In this document: piece by piece, positions 52,039-64,000 of the stretch
How positions within the stretch are numbered: position 1 is the stretch's first letter
Layout of the letters: every line of letters starts with the position of its first letter
Source of the DNA: an uncultured Anaerolineaceae bacterium
GTDB lineage: Bacteria; Chloroflexota; Anaerolineae; Anaerolineales; Anaerolineaceae
NCBI GenBank assembly: GCA_964437595.1
Contig: CAYTHO010000008.1
Coordinates: forward strand, 27,427 to 91,426
Direction of reading: 5' to 3'
DNA: 64,000 nt
The notes under the pieces: model-generated
Databases searched by the model: none
The model's input: only the letters and a program-made list of their open reading frames with translations
What the model was told of the DNA's origin: nothing
Program-made: the position numbers and the translations under genes

Positions 52039-53058
52039 TTACGAAACGCTGGAGGTCTTCAGCATCGCTTCAAGCGTTCTGTGGATGCTTTCATACGCGG
52101 GTTTAGGCTGGTAGTACTGGTCGAAGATCAGCGGTTCATCCGGGTGCCCGGTGAAGCCGGGAATCCATGAATACCGGTCGGCTACGCCCCACAGGATACA
52201 CGCTTTAAACTGCGGGACGCGCAGCGCTGTACCCAGGATTTTTTCGTAAACATCCGCCTGCTGGCGCAGCCGGTCTTCCAGCGAGCCGGTGGCGTTCTGG
52301 ATAGCCACATCCATTTCGGTGATATGGATTTCCAGGCCCAGGTCGCCCAGGCGCTTCATGTTTTCGTACATCTCGTTTGTGTCAGGTGGTTTGGCAAGCT
52401 TTTCTGTGCCGTTGATGGCAATGTGCATTTGCATGCCAACCCCGTGGATGGGGACATTCAGGGCGAGCAGTTCTTTGGCGGTATTGTAGATGGCGTTGGA
52501 TTTACTATTTATCCCTTCCGCGCTGTAATCGTTGAGGAAAAGGCGCGCGGAGGGATCGGCTTCATGCGCCCAGCGGAAGGCGTACTCGATGTAATCTGGA
52601 CCAATGGTATGCATCCAGAAGGAATCGCGCAGGCTGCCGTCCGCCTCAATGGGTTCATTGACCACATCCCAGACTTCAATCTCTTCATGGAAATGGCCCA
52701 TGGTGGTGAAGATATGTTCGTGGAGCAGTTCGAGGGCCTGGTTTCGGTTGAAATCGCCCTCAATCAGCCAGGGCGGGTTTTGATGGTGCCAGACCAGGGT
52801 ATGACCACGGATGTGCATGAAATTGGCTTTGGCGAAAAACACCAGTTCGTCGGCGGGTCCAAAGTTGTACACTTTGGGCTCGGGGCAAAGATTGCCAAAT
52901 TTCAATTCGTTTTCGGCGGTCAGGAAATTGAATTCTTCTGCCAGGGTTTCCCGGTAAGCCGAATCGGTACGCAGCGCGTGGGCGTTTGCCGCAGCGCCCA
53001 TGTAAAATTCTTGCAGATCAGCTATTTCGCGTAAGGAAGCAGTATGGTCTGCTGTCAT
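52039..53058 (-). CDS. GH10 endo-1,4-beta-xylanase, no signal peptide
   Basis: TAENELKF, IRGHTLVWHHQ.P.W, WDVVNEP (acid/base Glu), LFLNDY, and IHITEMDV (nucleophile Glu). AAGGAGAGG RBS. Confidence 0.88.
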   Translation of the reverse strand: MTADHTASLREIADLQEFYMGAAANAHALRTDSAYRETLAEEFNFLTAENELKFGNLCPEPKVYNFGPADELVFFAKANFMHIRGHTLVWHHQNPPWLIEGDFNRNQALELLHEHIFTTMGHFHEEIEVWDVVNEPIEADGSLRDSFWMHTIGPDYIEYAFRWAHEADPSARLFLNDYSAEGINSKSNAIYNTAKELLALNVPIHGVGMQMHIAINGTEKLAKPPDTNEMYENMKRLGDLGLEIHITEMDVAIQNATGSLEDRLRQQADVYEKILGTALRVPQFKACILWGVADRYSWIPGFTGHPDEPLIFDQYYQPKPAYESIHRTLEAMLKTSSVS

Positions 53059-53141
53059 GAGCCTCTCCTTGCCATAGAGATAGGTGAATATAGTTTAGCA
53101 TAATCACTGTCAGACATTCATTCTGATTCGGACGTTACATT

Positions 53142-53170
53142 TTACATATTTGATAGCTGGAAGCTATAAT
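53142..53170 (+). promoter_or_regulatory. sigma-70-like promoter TTACAT-17-TATAAT with overlapping ATAGCT-gga-AGCTAT palindrome
   Basis: TTACAT lies at 53142-53147 and TATAAT at 53165-53170. The palindrome at 53153-53167 overlaps the -10 box. Confidence 0.4.
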
Positions 53171-53215
53171 GGAAGGAGCAGAGCCTTTGTGGAACAGTTA
53201 ATATGGAGGTTGATG

Positions 53216-54055
53216 ATGCGGTTAGGCGGTCCAATTTTTTCTGAGAAGATGGACCCGGAACATTGGGTCAATGCCGTGAAGGCGGCCGGCTACCGGGCTG
53301 CATACTGCCCGGCAGCCGGGAATGGCGCAGCGAGTCAAGAGGAAATCCGGGCTTACGCGGCAGCCGCAGCCCGAGCTGATATTGTGATTGCTGAGGTGGG
53401 CGCGTGGAGTAACCCGCTCAGCCCGGATGACGAAACGCGCCGCAAGGCAGTTGAATTGTGCCAGCGGCAGTTAGCGCTGGCGGATGAGATTGGGGCGCGC
53501 TGCTGTGTGAATATTGCCGGATCGCGGGGAGCGCAGTGGGATGGCCCGCACAAAGATAATCTGACCGCGGAAACGTTTGAGCAGATCGTTGCAACGGTCC
53601 GCGAAATCATCGATGCCGTGCGGCCAAAGCGAACGTATTACACCCTTGAGCCCATGCCGTGGGCATATCCCGACTCACCGGACAGCTACCTGGAACTGAT
53701 CCGCGCCATCGATCGCGAGCGGTTTGCCGTGCATCTTGACCCGGTAAATATGATCAACAGTCCGCAGCGCTATTTCAATAACGGCGTGTTTTTGCGCGAG
53801 TGTTTTGCCAAACTGGGCAGGTATATCCAAAGCATCCATGCCAAAGATATCCTGCTCAGCGAGAAGCTGACCACGCACCTCGATGAAATGCGCCCCGGGT
53901 TGGGAAATCTGGATTATCATACATTCCTGCGCGAGGCCGCTCAATTACCGGCGGATACACCGCTCATGCTCGAACATCTGCCAGAGGCGCAGGATTACCA
54001 GCTGGCTGCCGGGTACGTTCGTTCGGTAGCGGATGAGTTGGGCCTGCCTCTATAG
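53216..54055 (+). CDS. sugar-phosphate isomerase/epimerase (xylose-isomerase-like TIM barrel)
   Basis: Shows the AP-endonuclease-2/TIM-barrel pattern (..IVIAEVGAWSNP.., YTLEPMPW, VHLDPVNM, IHAKD, LMLEHL). GGAGG at 53205-53209 favours ATG 53216. The track start at 53150 lies inside the promoter. Confidence 0.8.
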   Translation: MRLGGPIFSEKMDPEHWVNAVKAAGYRAAYCPAAGNGAASQEEIRAYAAAAARADIVIAEVGAWSNPLSPDDETRRKAVELCQRQLALADEIGARCCVNIAGSRGAQWDGPHKDNLTAETFEQIVATVREIIDAVRPKRTYYTLEPMPWAYPDSPDSYLELIRAIDRERFAVHLDPVNMINSPQRYFNNGVFLRECFAKLGRYIQSIHAKDILLSEKLTTHLDEMRPGLGNLDYHTFLREAAQLPADTPLMLEHLPEAQDYQLAAGYVRSVADELGLPL

Positions 54056-54144
54056 CGCAGCGCGCTTGATGAGAGAAGAACCTTTTGCAGGCAAGTAAAC
54101 AGCAAGAGTATCAGTCACGATTACAACACACAGGAGATACAGCA

Positions 54145-54597
54145 ATGACGGATGGGATGGGAACCAATATTGTCGTACAGGTGGGCATCATCGTAAAAGA
54201 TATCGAGAAGACGCTGGATCATTACGTGGATGTCTTCCAGTTGGAAAAACGCCCGAATGTTTCCATCACGGATGGGCCGGAAATCGCGCATACCAATTAC
54301 CGCGGGCAGACTTCATCCGCCGTGGCGAAACTGGCCTTCATCAATATGGGGCAGTTGGACATCGAATTGATCGAGCCAATCGGCGCGCCGAGTACGTGGA
54401 AGGATTTCCTGGATGCGCACGGCGAAGGCGTTCATCACCTGGCTTTTTTTGTGAAAGGCACCGATCAGGTGGTGGCTTACCTGGAAGGCAAAGGAATTCC
54501 GAAGGTACAGCGGGGCGATTACACCGGCGGCATGTACACGTATATGGACAGCGCGCCGAAGCTCGGTGTGATGCTGGAACTGCTGGAAAACTTCTAA
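54145..54597 (+). CDS. VOC (glyoxalase/bleomycin-resistance/dioxygenase) family protein
   Basis: VQVGIIVKDIEKT...F..MGQLDIELIEP.....W.DFL...GEGVHHLAF.V is the methylmalonyl-CoA-epimerase-like paired beta-alpha-beta-beta-beta pattern. AGGAG RBS. Confidence 0.75.
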   Translation: MTDGMGTNIVVQVGIIVKDIEKTLDHYVDVFQLEKRPNVSITDGPEIAHTNYRGQTSSAVAKLAFINMGQLDIELIEPIGAPSTWKDFLDAHGEGVHHLAFFVKGTDQVVAYLEGKGIPKVQRGDYTGGMYTYMDSAPKLGVMLELLENF

Positions 54598-54655
54598 ACG
54601 AATTGCATCCCGAAGCGGACATGATTTTGCCCGGCAGGCATGCGAGGGGTTGCGT

Positions 54656-55435
54656 TTACTGCTGGTCGCAAATCGTGTAGGCTTCCTGCAGGGACTCGAA
54701 CAGGTCTCGGGTCGGGCGGAATTCGTGACCCACATAAAGATCGTAGGGTGTGGCGGCCAGTGCTTTGCAAAGGCCGGCGTAATTGACTTCCTGCGTATCG
54801 CCGATTTCGCACCGCCCGGGAACGCCGGCAGTGTGGAAATGCCCGATCCACTGGATATTATCGACAATGGTGCGGATCAGGTTTCCTTCCATGATCTGCA
54901 TGTGGTAGATATCATACAGCAGTTTCACGCGCGGACTGTTGACGCGCTTGACGACTTCCAGGCCCCACGCGGTATGATCGCACTGGTAGCCGGGGTGGTC
55001 AACGATGGTATTCAACAACTCCATGTTGAGGTTGACCCCCATTTTCTCGGCGTATGGGGCAATCTTGCGAAAACCTGCCGCGCATGCCTCAATTGCCTCT
55101 TCCTCGCTTTGCCCGGGCCGGCGGTTGCCGCTGAAGCAGATGACCCCGGGCACATTGAACCGGGCAGCCAGGTCGATAGACTCATGCAGCTCGGCGGCGA
55201 TGCGCTCGTGCTGATCCGGGTCATTCAGGCCGGTGGCCAGGCTGTCGTGCCCGCTGAAGCTGGCGATGCGCAGGCCGTGCTTCTGAGCCAGTCCGGCAAG
55301 CGCTGGAAAAGATTCGTCCGGCTTCCATAGCTCAATGGCGGCAAAACCAATGGCCGCAACGCTGGCAAGGAACCTGGGCATCGGCACAGGCAGGGGTTCC
55401 ATCATAGGGAAACAAACCGATTGTTTCATTCGCAT
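54656..55435 (-). CDS. sugar-phosphate isomerase/epimerase (hydroxypyruvate-isomerase-like TIM barrel)
   Basis: NLNMELLN, GYQCDHT, LLYDIYHMQIMEGN and GHFHTAG. The start is one of three in-frame ATGs (55447, 55435, 55429); 55435 has GGAG 6 nt upstream. Confidence 0.8.
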   Translation of the reverse strand: MRMKQSVCFPMMEPLPVPMPRFLASVAAIGFAAIELWKPDESFPALAGLAQKHGLRIASFSGHDSLATGLNDPDQHERIAAELHESIDLAARFNVPGVICFSGNRRPGQSEEEAIEACAAGFRKIAPYAEKMGVNLNMELLNTIVDHPGYQCDHTAWGLEVVKRVNSPRVKLLYDIYHMQIMEGNLIRTIVDNIQWIGHFHTAGVPGRCEIGDTQEVNYAGLCKALAATPYDLYVGHEFRPTRDLFESLQEAYTICDQQ

Positions 55436-55582
55436 AACTGGCTCCATAATAGGGCAGGGTAGGGCGTGATGAGGGGATCGGCGGCGATATATTAGGATCT
55501 TTCGTTATTATACCTGCGACCAGCGCTGTATCTTCGAGAAGGCGCCCAGTATTTGCTGGTCAAAACAGTGGTTCAGGTTATA

Positions 55583-55610
55583 TTGACTCTACTAAAATTT
55601 TAGCTATAAT
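55583..55610 (+). promoter_or_regulatory. near-consensus promoter TTGACT-16-TATAAT with a perfect 12-bp palindrome CTAAAATTTTAG in the spacer, upstream of the LacI-family gene
   Basis: TTGACT lies at 55583-55588, the palindrome at 55592-55603 and TATAAT at 55605-55610. The regulator ATG is at 55662. Confidence 0.5.
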
Positions 55611-55661
55611 CAATGTAAGTTTAGATAAAAAATTCGTTTTCAAAGAGAATAAATATCACCC

Positions 55662-56732
55662 ATGCCGAGCTCGAGAAAGAACCGCGTAAAGTTATTCGAT
55701 ATTGCTCAAGCGAGCGGCGTCTCCTTAACGGCTGTCTCTCTGGCATTGGGAGATAAACCCGGAATTTCTGAAGAAACCCGGGTCCGCGTACTGGAAATTG
55801 CCCGCTCCCTGGGATACCGGTTCAAATCCCCATCCGCGCTGGCGGCGGCAAAAAAAATAAAAACCATTGGGCTTTTGGTCAAATCCAGCCCGGACGATGA
55901 ACCCCAGGCGAACCATTTTTATTCGCATATCATCGCGGGGGTCGAATCGGCCTGCCGGCAGATGGGCATTAATTTGATGTTCGCGAACCTGCCGGTGGAT
56001 CGGGAGAATTTTCCGTTAGGAATCCCACCACTGTTGGAAAAGGATGATGTGGATGGACTGTTGTTGGCCGGTATGATTGTTGAGGATTCGATCAGCCGCA
56101 TCCTGGATGCCCGCCGCTGCCCGGTGGTACTGGTGGATTCATACTGTACCAAGCATGCCTATAACTCGGTGATTTCGGATAATATTCTGGGCGCGTACCA
56201 GGCGACCGAATACCTGATCCGCAAAGGGCACCGGCAGGTTGGTTTTATTGGCGGGCATGACCAGGCCTACCCCAGCCTCCGCGACCGCCGCACAGGCTAT
56301 CTACGGGCCCTGGCAGATCACGATATCAGCACCCCGTATTTTGCCGACTGCCTGATGAACCGCGTCGAGGTCAGCGCAGCCGTTTTAAAACTGGTGATGC
56401 AGCACCGCGAGATCACCGGGCTGGTATGCGTCAACGACGAAACAGCCATTTCAACCATGTATGCACTCATTGAAGCGGGCATTCGGGTACCACAGGAAAT
56501 TTCAATCATCGGCTTTGATGATATCTACCTGGCGGAGACCGTGGTTCCCTCACTGACCACCATGCGCGTCAACAAGCAGAGCATGGGCAGGCTGGCGGTC
56601 CAGTTGTTACTCAACCAGGTGTACCAGCCTGATGGGGGATGCATCACCTCGATTTTCCGCCCATCGCTGATTGAGCGAAATTCGGTTGTATCCGTTTGCC
56701 AGGGTGAAGATGTAGTAAGAGAAAAAGCGTAA
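55662..56732 (+). CDS. LacI-family transcriptional regulator
   Basis: N-terminal HTH (VKLFDIAQASGVSLTAVSLALGDKPGISEETRVRVLEIARSLGYR) plus a PBP1 effector domain. Confidence 0.9.
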   Translation: MPSSRKNRVKLFDIAQASGVSLTAVSLALGDKPGISEETRVRVLEIARSLGYRFKSPSALAAAKKIKTIGLLVKSSPDDEPQANHFYSHIIAGVESACRQMGINLMFANLPVDRENFPLGIPPLLEKDDVDGLLLAGMIVEDSISRILDARRCPVVLVDSYCTKHAYNSVISDNILGAYQATEYLIRKGHRQVGFIGGHDQAYPSLRDRRTGYLRALADHDISTPYFADCLMNRVEVSAAVLKLVMQHREITGLVCVNDETAISTMYALIEAGIRVPQEISIIGFDDIYLAETVVPSLTTMRVNKQSMGRLAVQLLLNQVYQPDGGCITSIFRPSLIERNSVVSVCQGEDVVREKA

Positions 56733-56792
56733 AGAACGGTATCCGTCTCGATCCCATATCCCTGCTGTTTGCTAGAAGAATTGGAGCTTTTT

Positions 56793-59267
<2,475 letters not shown>

Positions 59268-59277
59268 TTGAAAGTTC

Positions 59278-59319
59278 ATCCGCCGCAGCGCTTCACGCGC
59301 TTCGCGGCGGATTTTGTTT
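59278..59319 (+). terminator. Rho-independent terminator after the beta-mannosidase gene
   Basis: ATCCGCCGC-17 nt (itself AGCGC..GCGCT)-GCGGCGGAT followed by TTTGTTTC. Confidence 0.65.
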
Positions 59320-59427
59320 CTGCAACAATGATGCTGACACCTGGAGTTAAAAGTCACTGGCCTGGATGAGGGGGGCATCCAGGCCAGTGATGTTTAGATT
59401 ATAGCAGGTTTCCAAAAAATGGCAAGT

Positions 59428-59439
59428 GGTTTCGAAACC
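59428..59439. promoter_or_regulatory. perfect 12-bp palindrome GGTTTCGAAACC with central CG, candidate LacI-family operator upstream of the GH130 gene
   Basis: Perfect dyad 120 nt upstream of ATG 59558. A second dyad, TTGTA-gtg-TACAA (59501-59513), overlaps a TACAAT -10-like box. Confidence 0.35.
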
Positions 59440-59557
59440 CATTCACCCGAAAATCGCGCGTTTACACTTTACAAAACTGAAAGCTATACAAGGTTTGGAT
59501 TTGTAGTGTACAATACTTTTGATATCCATACATTATAAAACCCAGGCAGGAGCTGAT

Positions 59558-60541
59558 ATGAGCGTTCAAATCATCAACGGTGCATCGATCCCAAACCTCC
59601 CATGGGAGGATCGCCCTGCAGGAAGTTCAGATGTTATCTGGCGTTACAGCCAGAACCCGGTCATTCCACGCAATTTAAACCCCAATACGAACAGCATCTT
59701 TAACAGCGCGGTCATCCCTTATAAAGGTGCGTACGTGGGTGTTTTTCGGTGCGATGATAAGCGCCGGGTAATGAACATCTACTTTGGCAGCAGCCCGGAT
59801 GGTTTGAAGTGGCAGATCAACCAGAACCCGATTGAGTGGGTCTGTAATGACCCGGAGATTGCTAAATTCCAGTACCGCTATGATCCGCGCCTGACGTGGT
59901 TGGAAGATCGTTATTACATCACCTGGTGCAATGGATATCACGGCCCGACGATTGGCGTGGGATATACCCATGATTTCCAGACGTATTACCAGTTGGACAA
60001 CGCGTTTCTGCCGTTTAACCGCAACGGCGTGCTCTTCCCGCGCAGAATCGGTGGCAAATATGTCATGCTCAGCCGGCCCAGTGATAATGGGCATACCCCG
60101 TTTGGGGATATTTATTACAGCGAAAGCCCGGATTTAGAGCATTGGGGTCATCACCGCTATGTGATGGGAACAGGCTCCTGGTGCTATACCAAAGTGGGCG
60201 CCGGGCCGATCCCGATCGAGACATCGGAAGGCTGGTTGTTGATCTTCCACGGCGTACTAACTTCTTGCAATGGTTACGTGTACAGCATGGGCGCCGCGCT
60301 GCTCGACCTGGACCAGCCCTGGAAGGTGATCTACCGGGCGGAACCATACTTGATGTCTCCGCAAATGCTGTACGAATGCGTCGGTGATGTGCCCAACGTT
60401 GTTTTCCCCTGCGCTGCCCTGGTGGATGCGGATACCCAGCGCATGGCGATCTATTACGGCGCGGCAGACACCGTGACCGCCATGGCGTTCGCCCGGGTCG
60501 ACGAAATGGTGCAGTTTGTCAAAGACAACGCGATTAAGTAA
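59558..60541 (+). CDS. GH130 beta-mannoside phosphorylase/hydrolase family protein
   Basis: PWEDRP......IWRYS.NP.I.R.........IFNSAV.P....Y.GVFR.D and a five-bladed propeller pattern typical of GH130. AGGAG RBS before ATG 59558. Confidence 0.85.
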   Translation: MSVQIINGASIPNLPWEDRPAGSSDVIWRYSQNPVIPRNLNPNTNSIFNSAVIPYKGAYVGVFRCDDKRRVMNIYFGSSPDGLKWQINQNPIEWVCNDPEIAKFQYRYDPRLTWLEDRYYITWCNGYHGPTIGVGYTHDFQTYYQLDNAFLPFNRNGVLFPRRIGGKYVMLSRPSDNGHTPFGDIYYSESPDLEHWGHHRYVMGTGSWCYTKVGAGPIPIETSEGWLLIFHGVLTSCNGYVYSMGAALLDLDQPWKVIYRAEPYLMSPQMLYECVGDVPNVVFPCAALVDADTQRMAIYYGAADTVTAMAFARVDEMVQFVKDNAIK

Positions 60542-60560
60542 GCCTTGAGAAAACAAGCGC

Positions 60561-63500
60561 CTACATCTGCAGTTTGAAGGATACAATTTCGAACGGCCTG
60601 ATGGTGAATTCCAGTCCGCCGGTGGGCCAGTCGATCGGCGCGCCGGGTTCGGGGTCTTCGAGCAGGTTACAGCGCTGCGCCGATTTCACCGGCAGGGTGG
60701 TGCGCAGGCAAGCAGCGCTCTGCGCGCCGTGGGATTCGTATAGGCGAACGATGATATCGCCCGAATCCTCGGCTTTTTTGACCGTTTCAATAACCACAGC
60801 CGGGTTGTCGATGCTGAAAAACGAGCGCTGCGTCACCTCCGCGGCGGTGGGGAACACCTGCAGGGGAATGTTAAAGCGGTAACCTTCTTCGATGACGCCG
60901 GCGGTTTGCGGGGACCCGGGATGCGGTAGAAGCGCATAGCGGAAACTGTGATGGCCCTGGTCGGCCTCGGGATCAGGGGCGGTCGGCCCGCGCAGCAGCG
61001 AAAGGCGCATCACGTTGCCGTGGGTGGCATGGCCGTATTTACAGTCATTGAGCAGTGCAACGCCGAAGGATGAATCGGAGAGGTCGGCCCAGCGGTGCGC
61101 GACCACTTCAAAGCGGGCCATATCCCAACTGGTGTTGAAATGGGTGGGGCGCTGCAGGTGGCCGAATTGAATTTCGTAGGTGGCATTCATCGCGCGGACG
61201 TTCAGCGGAAACTCAACTTTGAGGAATTTGTGCTGTTCGTGCCACTCGACCTGCGTGTTGAAATCCAGGCGCGGCGAGACAGCCGTGAGGGATACCGTCT
61301 GTTCGATGGTACTGTTGGGGGTCAGATCGTACGCAAACGCAACCGAGACGCGCAGCGGTCCGCGCTCGATAATTCGGCACGACCTGGCTGCCGGACCTTC
61401 TACCCGCTTTTCCAGGTGAAAGGCATCCACATCCCAGGCGTCCCAGAAGACGGGCTGGTCGTCGAATAGAACGAAATGGTTGGCGGGCTGGTCGGGTTGA
61501 ATGCTTTCGCGCTGGGCGCGCTTGTCGAACAGGCTGGCGAGGCTGCCATCCCTGCGGAGCACGGCGCGCACGGCGTCATTTTCGAGTACAATCTGGTCGC
61601 CCTGCTCGGTGATCGACGCCTGCTGAATGGAATGGGCAGCAGGTGCGAATACGGCGTAGCCATACGCCGGGACGCTGGCGATAGCGAGGGGCTTCCCACT
61701 CGCGCCGGTTTGGGACGTAAGGCTGCCTTCAGGCAGTTCGGCAACCTCGCTGCGCGCGAAGCCGGTGGTATTGATGGCGCACACCTGGCTGCCCCGCGGG
61801 TCGGGGCTGCCGAGCAGGTTAGCGACCGCCTGGCTGCGCAGGGTGGCGCCGGCGTCCAGCACGTCCTGATAATGGCGGTCTGAATCCTGGTACACCAGGT
61901 CGATCGAAGAACCGGGGATGATATCGTGGAACTGGTTGGTCAGCACCAGTTTCCACATACGGTCGATCTCGGTGGTGGGATACGCCGCGCCCTGGCTGGC
62001 GTGCGCGACCGCGGAGAGGAATTCCACATCGTGGAGCATAAACTCGCTCAAGCGGTTATATTTTTTGTTGTTGGCCTGGGTGGTGTACGTCCCACGGTGC
62101 AGCTCAAAATACAGCTCGCCCACCCAGGTGAGCAGGTCCTGGCTGTTTTGTTCCAGGCGGTTGAAGAACTGGCTCGGCGAGCGCATCTCAACCCGAGGCA
62201 GGCCGTCTACATCCTTCATGCGCTGGATCAGTTCGAGCATGGGGCGGGTGGGGCCGCCGCCGCCGTCGCCAAAACCAAATAACAGGTAAGCCTCGGTCGA
62301 ACGGTCGAGGTCTTTGTAGTTGGATACGCTGTAGAGCACTTCCTGCACGTTGGCCACAGAGTTGTAGGTATCGGCAGGGGGGAAGTGGGTGAGCACGCGG
62401 CTGCCGTCCAGCCCTTCCCACCAGAAGGTGTGGCTGGAAAGCTTGTTGAACTGGTTCCAGGACAGCTTGATGGTGAGGAAGTAATTCATTCCCACCTGGC
62501 GTAGAATCTGAGGGAGCGCGGCAGAATAGCCAAACACATCCGGTTCCCAGAACTCCGCGCAGGTGATGCCAAACTCGCGGCGGAAGAAGCGCTGCCCGTA
62601 CAGGAACTGGCGCACCAGCGATTCGCCGGACGGCAGGTTGCAGTCTGGCTCAACCCACGAGCCGCCGGTAGGGATAAACTGCCCATTTTTCACTTTCGCT
62701 TTAATCCGCTCAAACAGGTCAGGGCAGCTTTCTTTGATCCATTCAAGCTGCTGCGCCTGAGAACAGGCAAAACGATACTCGGGGTATTCCTCCATCATGG
62801 TGACCGCGCTGGAGAAGGTACGCATACTTTTGCGGCGGGTTTCCGCCAGCGGCCATAGCCAGGCTGTATCGATGTGGGCATGGCCTACCGCAGAAAGGTT
62901 AAACTGGCCGTCTCCGTTGTGATCTGAAAGGTATTTCGCGGCGGTCTCACGGGCCGCGCGCCAGGTGGACCGGTCGGAAAGATCGATCTGGTTGACCATT
63001 TTGTTGGCAGCAAAAAGCGCCTGACCGCCGCGCGGCGAACTGGTCGGCAGCTCCTGGGCCATGTCAGCAATGACTTTATAATCCCAAAACAGGTCCCAGG
63101 CTTCGCGGTCGAATACGGCAATTTCGGCCTGCCGCAGCAGGCCAACCTCGGCCAGGCGGACCGCGTCGCTGCCGTACCCCTGGCCAAAGAGGTTATTTAC
63201 GGCCATTTCCACATACAAAATCACCGATTCCCCGCCGCTGGCTTTTCGAGTCAGGATAAATTCCGGGCGGGTGGCCCCCACAAAACCCGGATAGAATGCT
63301 CCTCCTGTGCCGGTGAGGCCTTGAACGGGTTTTTCATCCCGCCAGACCAGGGCTTCAGAGGTGGAATCCCAAAGGAAGTGCACCTCACGGCCAGCCCACG
63401 CCGTGGGAATCTCGGTTTCTACACGGAACCAGTGCGTCGACCAGAAGGGGCCAAAGTGCTGGCCTACGACCGCCGGTTGATAGTCTCCGTTCACTGCTTC

Positions 63501-63647
63501 GGCATACGAAATCCGGCCAGGCGCGGCGAATACGGATAGCTTCACAGGCGCTCGATCCGTATATATTTTTCCAAAAATGCCACGCTCTGTGGCAAAGGAT
63601 TGGATGCGTTTTCGGGTAAGCTCTGGATGTTTTTGCATGGGGTCCAT
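60561..63647 (-). CDS. GH38 alpha-mannosidase, cytoplasmic type
   Basis: GHAHIDTAWLWP (metal and nucleophile region), FWWEG.DGS.VLTHF and GDGGGGP. The 1028-aa length is typical of MngB-like GH38. Confidence 0.9.
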   Translation of the reverse strand: MDPMQKHPELTRKRIQSFATERGIFGKIYTDRAPVKLSVFAAPGRISYAEAVNGDYQPAVVGQHFGPFWSTHWFRVETEIPTAWAGREVHFLWDSTSEALVWRDEKPVQGLTGTGGAFYPGFVGATRPEFILTRKASGGESVILYVEMAVNNLFGQGYGSDAVRLAEVGLLRQAEIAVFDREAWDLFWDYKVIADMAQELPTSSPRGGQALFAANKMVNQIDLSDRSTWRAARETAAKYLSDHNGDGQFNLSAVGHAHIDTAWLWPLAETRRKSMRTFSSAVTMMEEYPEYRFACSQAQQLEWIKESCPDLFERIKAKVKNGQFIPTGGSWVEPDCNLPSGESLVRQFLYGQRFFRREFGITCAEFWEPDVFGYSAALPQILRQVGMNYFLTIKLSWNQFNKLSSHTFWWEGLDGSRVLTHFPPADTYNSVANVQEVLYSVSNYKDLDRSTEAYLLFGFGDGGGGPTRPMLELIQRMKDVDGLPRVEMRSPSQFFNRLEQNSQDLLTWVGELYFELHRGTYTTQANNKKYNRLSEFMLHDVEFLSAVAHASQGAAYPTTEIDRMWKLVLTNQFHDIIPGSSIDLVYQDSDRHYQDVLDAGATLRSQAVANLLGSPDPRGSQVCAINTTGFARSEVAELPEGSLTSQTGASGKPLAIASVPAYGYAVFAPAAHSIQQASITEQGDQIVLENDAVRAVLRRDGSLASLFDKRAQRESIQPDQPANHFVLFDDQPVFWDAWDVDAFHLEKRVEGPAARSCRIIERGPLRVSVAFAYDLTPNSTIEQTVSLTAVSPRLDFNTQVEWHEQHKFLKVEFPLNVRAMNATYEIQFGHLQRPTHFNTSWDMARFEVVAHRWADLSDSSFGVALLNDCKYGHATHGNVMRLSLLRGPTAPDPEADQGHHSFRYALLPHPGSPQTAGVIEEGYRFNIPLQVFPTAAEVTQRSFFSIDNPAVVIETVKKAEDSGDIIVRLYESHGAQSAACLRTTLPVKSAQRCNLLEDPEPGAPIDWPTGGLEFTIRPFEIVSFKLQM

Positions 63648-63842
63648 TGTTCGGGATACTGGTTATGAGGCGTTTGATTATTTTCGGGCGTTATCTGCGC
63701 CGGTGATATTGGCGCTGCTGGAGATTATATTATGAATTGAGCGCGCGCTTAGAAATACCTCTGATCCGTTTTTTGTGATAGTATTCAGGCAACCGGTGGT
63801 TAACCGTGATTCTACCGAAATGAAAAAAAGACGAGGGAAGGA

Positions 63843-64000
63843 ATGGCCGAAATCTCAGATGCGGAAATTCTTCCGCTGGCGCTGGAGCATAATTTCTGGA
63901 CCTGGTCGGCCCAGGCGCATGTAAGCCCCATTCCGGTGAAGCGAGCGGAGGGCGTGTATTTTTGGGATGTGGATGGCAAGCGCTACCTGGACTTGAACTC
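63843..64000 (+). CDS. class-III (omega) PLP aminotransferase, N-terminal fragment running off the window
   Basis: MAEISDAEILPLALEHNFWTWSAQAHVSPIPVKRAEGVYFWDVDGKRYLDLN has the AEG.Y..D.DG..YLD motif typical of the family. GGGAAGG RBS. Not in the ORF track because no stop is reached. Confidence 0.55.
   Translation, partial: MAEISDAEILPLALEHNFWTWSAQAHVSPIPVKRAEGVYFWDVDGKRYLDLN

Overview
This is a high-GC, densely coding bacterial chromosomal segment with about 50 CDS. I found no rRNA, tRNA, CRISPR array, transposase or integrase. All calls come from motif recognition by eye; no searches were run. The gene style suggests a Chloroflexota/Anaerolineae-like organism, but that is inference only. 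The cues are Pro/Thr-rich linkers in secreted proteins, a polyphosphate glucokinase, GGAGG-type RBSs, and TATAAT boxes almost touching start codons.

Layout:
- 1-23.8 kb: housekeeping genes. These are an S9 peptidase, moaC and a moaD-moaE fusion, rnc-smc, a parvulin PPIase, rpsF-ssb-rpsR, ruvX-mltG, ppgK, an aspartase and a ferredoxin.
- 25-31.4 kb: a glycogen operon (MtaD-CYTH fusion, glgA, glgC, malQ).
- 31.5-38.7 kb: cinA, yraN-miaA, an unusual chemoreceptor and an acyl-CoA ligase.
- 38.9-50.8 kb, all on the minus strand: the stand-out region. It is a tightly packed operon encoding a Ycf46-type AAA+ ATPase, a HEAT-WD40 protein, a GrpE-like protein, a lid-less Hsp70-like ATPase, DUF1257, DUF2997, an NrdG-type radical-SAM activase and a second paralogous HEAT-WD40 protein. 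It runs without a gap into an MFS transporter, followed by a membrane-anchored rhodanese whose catalytic Cys codon is an in-frame TGA (candidate selenocysteine).
- 51-63.6 kb: a LacI-controlled cytoplasmic mannoside/xylan glycoside-hydrolase cluster (GH10, GH2, GH130, GH38).

I do not recognise the AAA+/Hsp70/WD40/radical-SAM cluster as any characterised pathway or defence system, and it is my main candidate for a new system.
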